A stretch of 64,000 bases of DNA from Octopus sinensis (GCF_006345805.1 NC_043026.1:6324001-6388000); one strand, 5' to 3'; positions 47,292 to 60,599 are shown, numbered from the stretch's first letter. Notes: generated from the sequence alone by a model not told the origin. Program-made: numbers and translations.

Positions 47292-47465
47292 GTCTCAGTC
47301 TCGAAGAAATGACTAGAGACCAAGACCTTTGGAATTATGCTGTACGCGAGAAGACCCGGCAAGACAAGTGAGACCATAACCCGTGGCCTTTACCTGGGAT
47401 GTAGCCAGTCCACTTATGCATACCTTTCCTTCTTGGGACACAAAACTCTACTAGTGAAGACCTGT
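47292..47465 (+). mobile_element. RTE-like LINE 3' fragment
   Basis: Reads EEMTRDQDLWNYAVREKTRQDK*. A related piece lies at about 12548-12640. Confidence 0.5.
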
Positions 47466-47469
47466 TGAG

Positions 47470-47893
47470 GCAAGTGAGAATCGAAATCAAAATCAAAATC
47501 GATCAACATCAATGGAAATTGTAGCTGTGATACCAGTGCCGGTGGTACGTAATTGAACCATCCGAACATGGCCGTTGCCAGCGCTGCCCTGACTGGCCTC
47601 CATGCCGGTGGCACGTAAAAAGCACCATCCGATCATGGCCATTGCCAACCTCGCCTGGCCTCCGTGCCGGTGGCACATAAAAAGCACCATTCGATCATGG
47701 CCATTTGCCAGCCTGTCTGGCACATGAAAAGCACCCACTACACTCACGGAGTGGTTGGCGTTAGGAAGGGCATCCAGCTGTAGAAACACTGCCAGATCAG
47801 ACTGGGCCTGGTGCAGCCTCCTGGCTTCCCAGACCCCAGTTGAACCGTCCAACCCATGCTAGCATGGAGAGCGGATGTTAAACAATGATGATG

Positions 47894-47895
<2 letters not shown>
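47470..47895 (+). mobile_element. SINE-like family C copy
   Basis: Subrepeats plus conserved tail. Confidence 0.85.
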
Positions 47896-47959
<64 letters not shown>

Positions 47960-47969
47960 AATATATATA

Positions 47970-48166
47970 TAACGGGAAGGTTTACGAAAATAAACAAAAG
48001 ACGAAGGCAGGTGGAATACAAACAAACAATTGTATTAGTATGGCGCTCAGGAATAGAAATAAAACAAGTCTTTTACGTTTCGAGCCTACGCTCTTCAACA
48101 GAAAGATACACAGAAAAGAAACAGGGAGAAAAAAATTGCGTGTTGGGGCTAACGATCCAACATGGC

Positions 48167-48170
<4 letters not shown>
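47970..48170 (-). mobile_element. Penelope-like terminal-repeat-derived element in (TA)n, with degenerate hammerhead motif
   Basis: Minus strand TCTTT-CTGTTGA-A-GAGC-GTAG-GCTC-GAAAC-GTA-AAAGA at 48106-48069. Homolog of 22985-23175. Confidence 0.6.
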
Positions 48171-48225
<55 letters not shown>

Positions 48226-48444
48226 TATAATTATACACACATACATATACACACACACACACACTGGTCAAAAGCAAACAGTTATTCAATCAAGGTGACT
48301 TGCTGTGGGATTGAACCTCTAGCAACCATATGACTACAAAGCAAACACATGTGGCTGTTTGGCCTCACCTGCACCCAGAATGCATCCTCCGCACCACTTG
48401 AACCAAGCAGCTACAAAAGTGTGGGTGGGGGTAACGCTACTCAC

Positions 48445-48526
48445 AAGTACACGAGGCAGAATAGCAACGAGATACCAGAAAGAACCTTAACCCCCGCGTG
48501 CGTCCATTGTGCCTCGTTTAAGTAAT
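48445..48526 (-). CDS. Candidate internal exon YLNEAQWTHAGVKVLSGISLLFCLVY (hydrophobic, unidentified)
   Basis: Bounded by ...ataacacag| and |gtgagt, 82 nt. Only one frame is open; it is phase-compatible with the 62-kb candidate exon. No family recognised. Confidence 0.25.
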
Positions 48527-48922
48527 CTGTGTTATCAATAGCAAATTAACAAAGGTATGAGTCACACAATCGACGAAAACAGTGTAAACAAAAGAAGGAC
48601 TCCAAAGAAAATCAAAACTACACTTTGTCCACAAGCTCTGAACCCCAACCTCCACAATGTGCACCCCGCTCCCCACCGACACATCCCTCTTATCTTCTAA
48701 TCAATTGTTTCTGACACAGATTCCTCTTAATAATACAAACATTAGCTGAATATTTATCTTTAGGTGCCGGCGTGGCTGTGTGGTAGGAAGCTTGCTTTGC
48801 AAACCACATGGTTCCGAGTTCGGTCCCAATGCATGGCACCTTGGGCAAGTGTCTTCTACAATAGCCTCAGGCCGACCAAAGCCTTGTGAGTGGATTTGGA
48901 AGACGGAAACTGAAAGAAGCCC

Positions 48923-49467
48923 GCTCTATGTCACGCTGGTGAGACCCATATTGGAGTACGGGATTCAAGCCTCTTCTCCTTATCTCCTCAAAGACATACA
49001 GCATCTCAAAAGAGTCCAGAAGCTGGCTACCTGCATGGTTCTTGGCCTCAAGAATTTGTCTTATGAAGAAAGGCTGAAGACGCACAACCTTTATTCTCTA
49101 GAAAAACGCTGCCGCCGTGGTGATCTCATTCTTGCTCACAACATCATAAGCAGAAAGTGTAACCTCTCGAAGGAGCTGTTCTTCACTCCTGCTCCAGAGC
49201 GTCGGCTGCGGGGTCACTCCGAAAAGCTCTATCTTCGACGATTTCATCTCAATCGAAGGAGAGGGGCTTTCTCCGTCCGGGTTGCGGATCCGTGGAACAA
49301 GCTGCCGAACGAGATGGTGAAGATGCCGACGACTGCTCGGTTCAAAGTCTCCCTTGACCACAAGTGGCCTCAACTCTTTACATGAACACCACCCTGTACA
49401 TAACTCCATGTCCCCCTACATGGCCTTGCTTTTTGGTTTTTGAGCCAAAATTAACTAACTAACTAAC
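48923..49467 (+). mobile_element. CR1-type LINE 3' fragment, joined directly to a SINE A head
   Basis: YVTLVRPILEYG..ASSPYL.KDI..L.RVQKLAT..V.GLKNLSYEERLK...LYSLEKR..RGDLI...WNKLP...FT*; (TAAC)n tail. Follows SINE A 48768-48922. Confidence 0.9.
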
Positions 49468-50234
49468 ATGTGTATCATCATTTAACATCCGTTATCCATA
49501 CTGGAATAAGTTGGATGGTTTGACCAGGCTGGCACGCAGGAAGGCTGCACCAGACTCCAGTCAGATTTGGCATGGTTTTCTACGATTGGATGCCCTTCCT
49601 AACGCCAACCACTTGTATATATTTGTGTGTGTGTGTCTGTGTGTCTGTGCCCCCACCATCACTTGACAACTGATGCTGGTGTGTTTATGTCCCCATAACT
49701 TAGCGGTTCACAGCAAAAAAGACTAATATAAGAAGTACTAGGCCTACAAAAACAAAAGTCCTAGGGCTGATTTCTTCAACTAAAACCCTTTAACGGTGAT
49801 GCTCCAGCATGGCCACAGACAGACGACTGAAACAAGTAAAAGAATTAAAGAATGGATATATATATATTTTATTCTTTCACTTGTTTCAGTCATTTGACTG
49901 CGGCCATGCTGGAGCACTACCTTTAGTTGAACAAATTGACCCCAGGACTTATTCTTTATAAGCATAGTACTTATTCTGTCAGTTTCCTTTGCCGAATCGC
50001 TAAGTTACGGGATGTAAACATACCAACATTGGTTGTCAAACGATGTGGGAACACACACACACATATATATATACGACAGGCTTCTTTCAGTCTCCATCTA
50101 CCAGATCCACTTACAAGACTTTGGTCGCCCGAGGCTATAGTAGAAGACACTGGCCCAAGGTGCCATGCAGTGGGACTGAACCCGGAACCACGCGGTTGAG
50201 AAGCAAGCTTCTTACCACACAGCCAAGCCTGCAC

Positions 50235-50442
50235 CTACATATATATATATTATATACATATATAATATATATATTATATATATATATACATATATACATA
50301 TATAGATATATATATATATATATAATATATATACATATATATATATATACATATATCTATATATATATATTATATATATATAATATATATATATATATAC
50401 TATATATATATATATACAATATACATATATATATACATATAC

Positions 50443-50536
<94 letters not shown>

Positions 50537-50565
50537 GTATATATATATACATATATATATATATT

Positions 50566-50602
<37 letters not shown>

Positions 50603-50759
50603 TGTATATATATATACATATATGTATATATATACATATATATATATACATATATAATATGTATATATATATATATATATATACATATATGTATATATAT
50701 ATACATATATAATATACATATATATATGTATATATATATATAATATACATATATATATG

Positions 50760-50811
<52 letters not shown>

Positions 50812-51175
50812 ATATATATAATATATACATATATATATATTATATATATATATATATTATATATATATATATGTATAATATATATGTATATATATATGTA
50901 TAATATATATGTATATATATATACATATATGTATATCTATATACATATATATATTATATGTATATATATACATATATATATATACATATATATATATACA
51001 TATATATATACATATGTATATATGTATATATATATGTATATATATATATAATATGTATATATATATGTATATATATTATATATATATGTATATATATATA
51101 CATATATATATATACATATATATATAATATATACATATATACATATACATATATATATACATACACACACACACA
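50235..51175. repeat. About 0.95-kb (TA)n/(TATACA)n tract
   Basis: Direct reading. Confidence 0.97.
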
Positions 51176-51679
51176 AATTCCTACCGGGAAGCACAAGGCT
51201 TTTAATTCTGACACCACCACCAAGTATGTGAATGGTTCTTTTATTTCAAAGACACACACATCCGCCCGCAGAATAACAAGGGAAAATGAGTCAAAGTTGA
51301 CCTCAACGAGATCTGAATACAAAACCATAGTTGGCCATAAACACTGTTTTGTTCATTCGGTCAAAGCCCGTTTTTTCCAAGCTAGCATGGGCCAGAAGCA
51401 GGAGGGGGGGGTGTACGTTGTGACAGGATTTTACAGTCATGTGTACATCCGGTTGCCAACCTTTTTTCTCCCGTTTTCGAATAAGGGCTATTTTGTTTTA
51501 TTCTAGAGTCTTCGAAAGTGAATAGCAGCAACCCACCATATCAAAGGAGATATGTATGTAGTCACTTGACCTTACACAATGTCAACATTTCCACTGTTTC
51601 GCTTAACCCGTCACAGGATGGCCTGCTGTGCTAATCTTGGATCATAGAGTGACCCGCTGTTCTTGAGGAGACCTATCGA

Positions 51680-52185
51680 GTCAAGTACGTTAACACCAAC
51701 ATCAAAATGAAAATCAAATGGAAATTGTAGTTAAGATACCCGTGACGGTGACATGTTAAAAGCACCATCTGAAGTTGGCAGTTGCCAGTGCCGCCTGATT
51801 GGCGTCTGTGTTGGTGACACATAAAAGCACCAACCGATCGTGGCTGTTTGCCCGTTTCCTCTGGCCCCTGTGCCAGTGGCACGTAAAAAGCACCGTCCGA
51901 ACGTGGCAGATGCCAGCGCCGCCTGACTGGCATCCATGTCGGTGACACATAAAAGCACCAACTGATCGTGGCTGTTTGCCAGTCTCGTCTGGCCCCTGTG
52001 CCGGTGGCATGTAAAAAGCACCCACTACACTCACGGAGTGGTTGGCGTTAGGAAGGGCATCCAGCTGTAGAAACACTGCCAGATCAGACCGGAGCCTGGT
52101 GCAGCCTCCTGGCTTCCCAGACCCCAGTCGAACTGTCCAACCCATGCTAGCATGGAAAACGTACATTAAACGATGATGATGATAT
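51680..52185 (+). mobile_element. SINE-like family C copy with four subrepeats
   Basis: Consensus match. Confidence 0.85.
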
Positions 52186-52199
52186 CTGTCCCAAATTGT

Positions 52200-53310
52200 T
52201 TGTATGTTCAGAATGGCCAGAGGGGGCCTCTCGCACCTACCCTACCATGTCATTCTAAAAATAAACAATCGCACCATTGAAATCTTGAAGCTATGATATA
52301 AATGCAGCATTAATTGAAAACAATATGAAGAAATAAGCATTACATTTGGCAGATAATCTCAATGCTAAAGGATTAAAATAGGGACCACATGAACCATTGA
52401 GGCAGCTCCTACTTATCACCTGACCTTACACAACTGTATCAGCCAAATCTCCTCTCGACAGACTCCTTACTGACTTTAATCCTTTAGCATGTAAACCTGC
52501 CATATCTGAGGTCCAAAGATTCTACCTGTTTTATATTCAAACTGGCCAGATCCAGCCTCTCACACCACCCTACAATGTCATTCTAAAAATAAATGATCCC
52601 ATCACAGAAATCTCAAAGCTGTGAGATAATCCATGATTAATCCAAAACAATGTGAATAAACAAGGATTAGATTTGACAAAGTAATCTGAATGCTAAAGAG
52701 TTAAAATAGGGACCACAGGGACCAGTGAAGGAGCTTCTATGCTGTCACTTGACCTTACACAATGTAACAGCCAAATCTTCCCTCAGCAAACTCCCTACTC
52801 TCTTTAACCCCTTTAGCATTTAAACTAGCCAAACCTAGATGAAATATTCTATTTGTTTTGTGTTCAAACTGACCTGATCCGACCTCTCACACCTACCCTA
52901 CAATGTCATTCTGAAAATAAAGTCAAATCATTGAAATCTCAAAGCCGTGAGATAATGTCAGGATTAATTCAAAACAATGTCAATAAATAAGCATTGCATT
53001 TGGCAGGGGTCATCTGAAAGCAAAAGGGTTAAAATAGGGACCGTAGGAACCAGTGGACCTTACACAATGTAACAGCTAAATCTTCCCTCAACAAACTCCC
53101 TATTCTCTTTAACCAGCCATATCCAACCCAAACCTGGTTTTATGTTCAAGCAAACCATGTCCAGCCTTTCACACCTACCCTACAATGTCATTCTAAAACA
53201 TAAACAATCACATCATGGAAATCTCAAAGCTGAGATAATCCATAATTAATACAAAATGTTAATAAACAAGCATTACATTTGACAGAGTAATCTCAATGGT
53301 AAAGAATTAA
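52200..53310. repeat. Tandem array of four piggyBac-like MITEs separated by the same ~100-bp spacer (unit about 325 bp)
   Basis: TTAA junctions at about 52374, 52476, 52701, 52804, 53029, 53109 and 53307. Each spacer starts AATAGGGACC. Confidence 0.85.
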
Positions 53311-53419
53311 GCAGGCACAAAAGCCATAATTGTTAGTCTCTTGCACTGTACAATAAAAATAATCTCATCGTTGAAAAGTGCCATAAAATATTCGCATTTT
53401 GGGAACATTGATTGGTGTC

Positions 53420-53830
53420 TGTCATCATCATCATTTAACGTCCGTTTTCCATGCTAGCATGGGTTGGACAGTTCGACCGGGGTCTGGGAAGCCAGGAGGC
53501 CGCACCAGGCTCCAGTCTGATCTGGCAGTGTTTCTACAGCTGGATGCCCTTCCTAATGCCAACCATTCAGCGAGTGTGGTGGGTGCTTTTTATGTGCCAC
53601 CGGCACAGGTGCTAGGCAAGGCTGGCAACAGCCACAATCAGTTGGTGCTTTTTACGTGCCAGGCGAGGCTGGCAACGACCACGATTGGTTGGTGCTTTTT
53701 ACATGCCACCGGCATGGTAGCCAGTCAACACAGCGCTGGCATCGGCCACGTTCGGATGGTGCTTTTTACATGCACAGGCCCAGGGATCACAACTACAATT
53801 TCCATTGATTTTTGATGTTGATGTACTTGA
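53420..53830 (-). mobile_element. SINE-like family C copy
   Basis: Consensus match, (CAT)n at the left edge. Confidence 0.85.
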
Positions 53831-54806
53831 CTCAATAGGTCTCCTCAAGCACAGGGTCGATACAGTGTTTCTTTACTTGCCACCTGCACAGGAGTCAGTT
53901 AAGATTTATTTTTTACCTTTTATTGGTTTCAATCATTAGACTGCAGCCATGAAGAATTTTTAGTTGAATGAATCAAACCCAGACCCCCTTTTTTTAAGAT
54001 TGTATTTATTCTTTTGATCTCCTTTGCCGAGCTGCTAAGCAACAGGGACATAAACACACCAACATTGGTTGTCAAGTATATATACACACATAATCCTTTC
54101 TACTGTAAGCACAAGGCCTCAAATATTACCTCAACCCCAATGTATAACTGGTACTTAATTCATCAATTCCCAAATGGATGAAGGACAAAGCCAACCACGG
54201 TGGAATCTGAAGCAAGGAAGAAAGAAAAGAAAGGAAAAGACAAGCATGGTCATGTGGTTTAAGAAGTTAGCACCTCGAGATAATGTGGTCCAAGATGGAC
54301 AATGCCTGTATAAAAGATCGGATAGTCATGGTCGGATCAACTTATGGGCAGAAGAATAAAACTGGCTACATAATAAACAGGAGTTGTACCGACCCTGGGC
54401 CCTGCAATTTCTGAACAATAAAATAAAAAAATTCTTTTAAAAATAAACAATAAACAGCAAAGAACAAAAAAAAAAAAATTTCGCTTCACTTAATCAGAAG
54501 ATGGCTTATAGACCACAACTGAAGATTAGGATGATAACAGCACAAAGATAAAAATAAAAGGCCATCAGGACATGCAAAAGACAGCTTGTTGCTACACCAA
54601 GGTTCAATTCTCGGTTGATCTAAACCTCTCTCCGTGGGCCACATCCAATTCATTGTATTATTGATTTCAAATTTTGGTGCAAGGTCGAGGCCTGCAATTT
54701 CAGGGCTGGGTAAGGTGCAATGACATCGACCCCTAGAGTTCAGCTGGTGCTTATTTCATCGACCCCAGAAGGATGAAGGGTAAAGCGTTTTGTCCAACGT
54801 GCTAAC

Positions 54807-54982
54807 CAGGGCTGTGGAGTCGGAGGCATGGATTCGGGAAACAATTAAAGGGTAGCTGGAGTCGGAGTCGGTAAACTAGACCACAATCACTTAATTACAT
54901 ACAGGAGTTGGAGTCAGAGGTGCCAATAGTAGAGGAGTCAAGAGTCAAAGTTGAAGTTTCTTGTTTCGACTCCGCAGCCCTG
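54807..54982. mobile_element. hAT-like MITE with GGAGTC subterminal repeats
   Basis: TIRs CAGGGCTGTGGAGTCG / CGACTCCGCAGCCCTG. No TSD visible. Confidence 0.7.
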
Positions 54983-55356
54983 AGCACAAGGCCTGAAATT
55001 TTGGAGGAGGGGACTAGTCGATTATATATTGACCCCAGTGTTTCACTGGTACTTAATTTATCGACCCTGAAATGATGAAAAGCAAAGACAATCCTGGCGG
55101 AATTCAAATTCAGATCGTAAAAGCATTTCACCCGGTGTGCTAGCGATTTTAGCAACTCCTTGCCTTCGTTTTTGGAAACAGCAATGCTGCCATAACTTAA
55201 GTGGAAACCATGAGAGTGCTTTCAAGGGAGATAATCAGAGAAAGACTTGAAAGTGAACATAAGATTGTAATACTTCGTGTAAAGTAAATATAACAAATAA
55301 TCCAGAATCCTTGTCCGGTACCAGGTTGATCCCAAAATCTAATCAGTTTGTGCTAG

Positions 55357-55488
55357 TCACGAGGCCAAACATCTCTGAAAGTTTTCTCCAAATCCATCCA
55401 GCAGTTCTTGAGATATCTTGTCCACAGACAAAGAAACAAACGCAACTGAAAACAATACATCCGCCTTAGCGAAGGCAGAGGTAATAAT
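55357..55488 (+). mobile_element. Helitron/helentron-like 3' fragment
   Basis: Ends AAAACAATACATCCGCCTTAGCGAAGGCAGAGGTAATAAT, a terminal hairpin structure. Confidence 0.4.
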
Positions 55489-55494
55489 CCTTTC

Positions 55495-55920
55495 TACTAA
55501 AGGCACAAGGCCTGGAATTTGGGGGAGAGGGGATAAGTCGATTATATCGACCCCAGGCGAGCTGGCAGAAGCGTTAGTGCGCTGGGCGAAATGCTTAGCG
55601 GTATTTCGTCTGTCGTTACGTTCTGAGTTCAAATTCCGCCGAGGTCGACTTTGCCTTTCATCCTTTCGGGGTCGATAAATTAAGTACCAGTTACGCACTG
55701 GGGTCGAGGTAATTAACTTAATCCCTTTGTCTGTCCTTGTTTATCTCCTCTGTGTTTGGCCCCTTGTGGGCAGTAAAGAAATATATATCGACCCCAGAGT
55801 TTTGCTTGTCCTTAATCTATCGACCCCAAGAGGAGCGTAATTTGAACTCACACTGTAGCTGCAGGCAAAACACTGCTGAGCATTTCGTCCAGCATGCTAA
55901 CAATGCTGCCAGCTGGCCAC
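55495..55920. mobile_element. Nested SINE family B copies (plus-strand copy inside a minus-strand copy)
   Basis: Minus-strand B pieces at 55495-55555 and 55786-55920 flank a plus-strand copy at 55556-55782. Confidence 0.75.
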
Positions 55921-56669
55921 CTTAATAATAATAATAATAATAATAATAATTCGTTCGTCTATTGGCCACAAGGGCTGACAAAATTCAATCAAAACATAAA
56001 GGGACAAAACACAGGGTTTTGTCCGTTTGCAAAAGGCCCGTGTACAAAAGCAGGACGACAACGAAAAATAAGTAACAATTAAAACTGCCAATAGGGGGAG
56101 GCGCTTCGAAAGGGTTACTCGTGGAAAAACCCAATAAAAGCCACGATCCTTCTTCCTACCACAGGGACAAGGCCTGAAATTCAGAGGGAAGGACCAGTCA
56201 ATTTTATTGAGCCGAGTGTGTCCACTGGTATTTATCTCTTCGACCCCAAAATGACGAAAAGCAAAGTCGACCTCGGCAGAATTTGAACTCAGAAAGTAAC
56301 GATGGACAAAAACCATCACTAAGCATTCCGTCTGGTGCGCTAACGATTCTGCCAGCTCACCTGGAATTTAGGGGGCGTGAGGGGGTGGCTAGTCGATTAC
56401 ATCAGCTCCAGGGATTTTATCTCTTATTTGCTTCTATCATTGGAGTGTGGCCATGCTGGTGCACCAAATTGACAGGTTTCAAACAAATCTACCCCAGTAT
56501 TAATCTTTCTTTAAAGCCTTTTTCTATCGACCTGTTTTTGCCAACTGCCAAGTTACAGGGATATAAACAAACCAACACCGGTTGGGGTATACACACAGAT
56601 TATGCATGTGTATATATAGATATATACACACAAATTACATATATATATATGCACACTCACACACATACA

Positions 56670-57060
56670 GGAGTGGCCATGTGGTAAGTACCTTGCTTAC
56701 CAACCACATGGTTCTGGGTTCAGTCCCACTGCGTGGTACCTTGGGCAAGTATCGTCTACTATAGCCTCAGGCCAACCAAAGCCTTGTGAGTGGATCTGGT
56801 ACATGGAAACTGAAAGAAGCCAGTCGTGTATGTATATATATATGTATGTATATGTTTGTGTCTGTGCTTGTCCCCACCCTACTATTGCTTGGCAACCAAT
56901 GCTGGTGTGTTACGTCCCCTGTAACTTAGCGATTCAGTGAAAGTGATCAATAGAATAAGTACTAGGCTTACAAGAAATAAGTCCTGGGGTCAGTTTGTTC
57001 GACTAAAGGCGGTGCTCCAGCCTGGCTGCAGTCAAATGACTGAAACAAATAAAATAAAAG
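56670..57060 (+). mobile_element. SINE family A copy
   Basis: Consensus match. Confidence 0.85.
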
Positions 57061-57620
57061 AATACATACATACATACACATACATGCACAAACATACATA
57101 CATACATAAAAGCTTCTTTCAGTTTCCAGTTACCAAATCCACTTGTGTGAGTTGAGAGATTTGACTGCCATTTCTAACAGGGCCACCAACCACACAAACA
57201 GTTCAATCATCACACACACACACACATCTCATATATTCCATCTTTTGACCTTCAGGTCATCAACACATTCACAGTAGTTTCTAGGTTAATGAGACACATT
57301 ATTTAACCTAACGACAATATATATATTGTATATTTATTTCGCAACTAGTCAATCGACCAGTGTCCTTAGCTACAATGTCAACCCTTTCAATACTGACGAC
57401 CCACGTCCACCTTGGATTATCACATGAAAGCACCTCCAATTAAAATCATGCATCAATTTTATATAACACCTATTACATTCACCGTGGGTTCAATACCTGT
57501 AGTGAGCAGTACATTGTAACCTTGAGCAAGGTACTTTATCTGCTGAGAAAGAATACCAGCTGACTACTGGTGCAGCCCCTTATCTCTATGTCTAGCTGCC
57601 ACATCAACAATGCTCTACTA

Positions 57621-58776
57621 CAGTGTTTCTCAACCTTTTTACCCTTGCGTGACCCTTCAAATAAATTACATGTCTCAAGGAAACCCTACAAAAAATGGTT
57701 ATAGACCATATCTTTCTCATATTATTTTCATCATAGTTAACATGGTAAATATCATATATATATATATATATATCATCATCATCATCATTTAGCATCCGCT
57801 TTCAATGCTAGCATGGGTTGGACGGTTCAACTGGGGTCTGTGAAGCCAGAAGTCTGCATCTGGCCCAGTCTGATCTGGCAGAGTTTCTACAGCTGGATGC
57901 CCTTCCTAACGCCAACCACTCCGTGAGTGTAGTGGGTGCTTTTTACGTGCCACCCACACAGGTGCCAGACGGAGCTGGCAAACGGCCACAGACAGATGGT
58001 GCCTTTTATGTGCCACCGGCACGGGGGCCAGGCAAGGCTGGCAACAGCCACGAATGGATGGTGCTTTTACGTGCCACCGGTACGGGGGCCAGGCGAGGCT
58101 GGCAACATATATATATATACAGGGTCGAACACCGTTTTGACCCTGTGCTTGAGGAGACCTATAGAGCCAAGTACATCAACATCAAAAATCAATGGAAATT
58201 GTAGTCGTGATACCTGTGCCGGTGTCGCGTAAAAAGCACCATCCAAACGTGACCGATGCCAGCGCCACGTTGACTGGCTTCTGTGCCAGTGGCACATAAA
58301 AAGCACCAACCGATCGTGGCCATTGCCAGCCTCTCCTGGCACCTGTGCCAGTGGCACATAAAAAGCACCCACTACTCATGGAGTGGTTGGCGTTAGGAAG
58401 GGCATCCAGCTGTAGAAACTCTGCCAGATCAGACTGGAGCCTGGTGCAGCCTCCTGGCTTCCTAGATCCCAGTCGAACTGTCCAACCCATGCTAGCATGG
58501 AAAACGGACATATGATGATGATGATGATATACAAACACACACATACATATTTAGGGCATCCATAAATTACAGACCTCATTGAATATATCTCCAATGGTTG
58601 TTATATGTTTTTGATAACATAATATATTAGATAGTATAATGTCTATATGACAATGCATGTCTAGTAATTATACAATCATGAAATTAGCATTGGTTTATCT
58701 CACTCTTTCTCACAGAATCCCTAGGAACCTTCTGCAGAACCCTAGGGTTCGGGGGAACCTCGGTTGAGAAACGCTG
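57621..58776. mobile_element. hAT-like MITE interrupted by an inverted pair of family C SINEs
   Basis: TIRs CAGTGTTTCTCAACC / GGTTGAGAAACGCTG. C copies at about 57775-58105 (minus) and 58130-58530 (plus). Confidence 0.65.
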
Positions 58777-58889
58777 CTGGGTTAACAGTGTGTGACCCAA
58801 GAGGATGTGTGCGTCTGCCCGTCATTACATGGGCACCTAAAGCAAATTAGCAAAAGCATGGCCCATGCTCCCATGTGGTTCTAACTCAC

Positions 58890-59060
58890 AAGTACCAGCT
58901 ATAGCTCTTTCCTCCTGGCATGGATGGATTTGGGTTGCATCCAGCACAGCCTTTTTTGAGGGTCAGCCTCCAGAGCCCAGCATCTGTCATCCCTTATTTC
59001 CACGTCTTCCTTGGCCTGCCTCTGTTTCAACATGATCCTTCTACAGGGGTCACTTGGCAT
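58890..59060 (-). mobile_element. RTE-like LINE 3' fragment
   Basis: Minus strand GGCAGGCCAAGGAAGACGTGG (GRPRKTW) followed by degenerate C-terminal/3' UTR sequence. Confidence 0.5.
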
Positions 59061-59129
59061 TACTTGGTACCCAACAGTTGGCCACCAACCACATCACGTC
59101 TTCTTTCTAGAGAAAATGTGTAAATCATA

Positions 59130-59165
59130 AAGAGGGATCGGCTGGGCCTTCATCAGATCCCTCTT
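59130..59165 (-). other. Hammerhead relic lacking stem III
   Basis: Minus strand AAGAGGGAT-CTGATGA-A-GGC-CCA-GCC-G-ATCCCTCTT: perfect 9-bp stem I and canonical core, but the AAAC..NUH module is missing. Confidence 0.5.
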
Positions 59166-60439
59166 ATACCTAGCTATTTCTGACCTATTTCAAACAATAT
59201 ATATAGTCTGACAAACCGTCCATGGGGCTAAGCCTTTGTGGGTGTAAAGCTATTGGTCACTCTGTGACCTGACATAGACTTTACATATGTATACATATAC
59301 ACACATTGGCGTTAGGAAGGGCATCCAGCTGTAGAAACATTGCCAGATCAGACTGGGCCTGGTGCAGCCTTCTGGCTTCCCAGACTCCAGTTGAACCGTC
59401 CAACTCATGCCAGCATGGAAAGCAGATGCTAAATGATGATGATGATGATATATATATATGTCGTATATATGTATGTATATATATATGTGTGTGTGTATGT
59501 TTGTGTGTCTGTGTTTGTCCCCATAGCATTGCTTGACAACCGATGCTTGTGTGTTTACGTCCCCGTCACTTAGCGGTTCAGCAAAAGAGACCGATAGAAT
59601 AAGTACTGGGCTTACAAACAATAAGTCCTGGGGTCGAATTGCTCGACTAAAGGCGGTGCTCCAGCATGGCCGCAGTCAAATGACTGAAACAAGTAAAAGA
59701 GTAAATATATATATATATAATCTTGCTTCCTCATTTGACAGCTGCCATGCTGGAGCATGGTCTTGAAGAGTTTTAGGCGAACGAATTGACCCCAGGACTT
59801 TTTTCTTTTTTTCTTTGAATCTTGGCACTTATTTAATCGATCTCTTGTACCAAACCGCTAAGTTGCCAAGCAGTGGTGGGGGGTGGGGATAAACACAAAC
59901 ACACGGCGGGCTTCTTTCAGTTTCTGCCCAACCAAATCCACTCTCGAACTTTTAAGTCGGCCGGCCCAAGGCAGCAAATAGCATAGAGAACATCTAAGGA
60001 AAGGTGAAGCACAAGGGGACTGAACCCCCGAACCATGTGGTTGGGAAACAGACGTCTTACCACACAGCAACATTTGCATCTACATAAATACACACACACA
60101 CACACACACTTTCTCTCTCTCGCTCATATAATCTTAACCACTTTCATTCCACTAACTCCAACTGCACGTACACAATTACTCTCTCTCTTCTAGTAATATA
60201 CACACACACACTTAGATTTCTTTTCTACACTAATGTATTACCTTTTCCTTTCTTGAAATACATATATATATATATAAAGATTGAAGGCTTCGAATGATTT
60301 GTCTGTGTTCCGTGTTTGTCCCTTCCTGTATTTCACGTTCTTTATATATAAAACATTTATTCTTATATATATATATATATTGATTGATTGATTCTAGTTT
60401 CAGCTCATGAGCTGTGGCCATGCTGGGGCACCGCCATAT

Positions 60440-60486
<47 letters not shown>

Positions 60487-60599
60487 ACAAAGGGTAAAAT
60501 TAATTAATTAAGAAGTAATTAATAATTTCACCAAGTAGAATTCGGTGAACCCTTTTTTATTAGTATATATATATATATATACACACAACTATCTCGTGC

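Noticed and set aside
54430-54640. Hydrophobic minus-strand reading LGVATSCLLHVLMAFYFYLCAVIILIFSCGL*
   Set aside because: No credible acceptor. T-rich sequence gives hydrophobic translations by chance.
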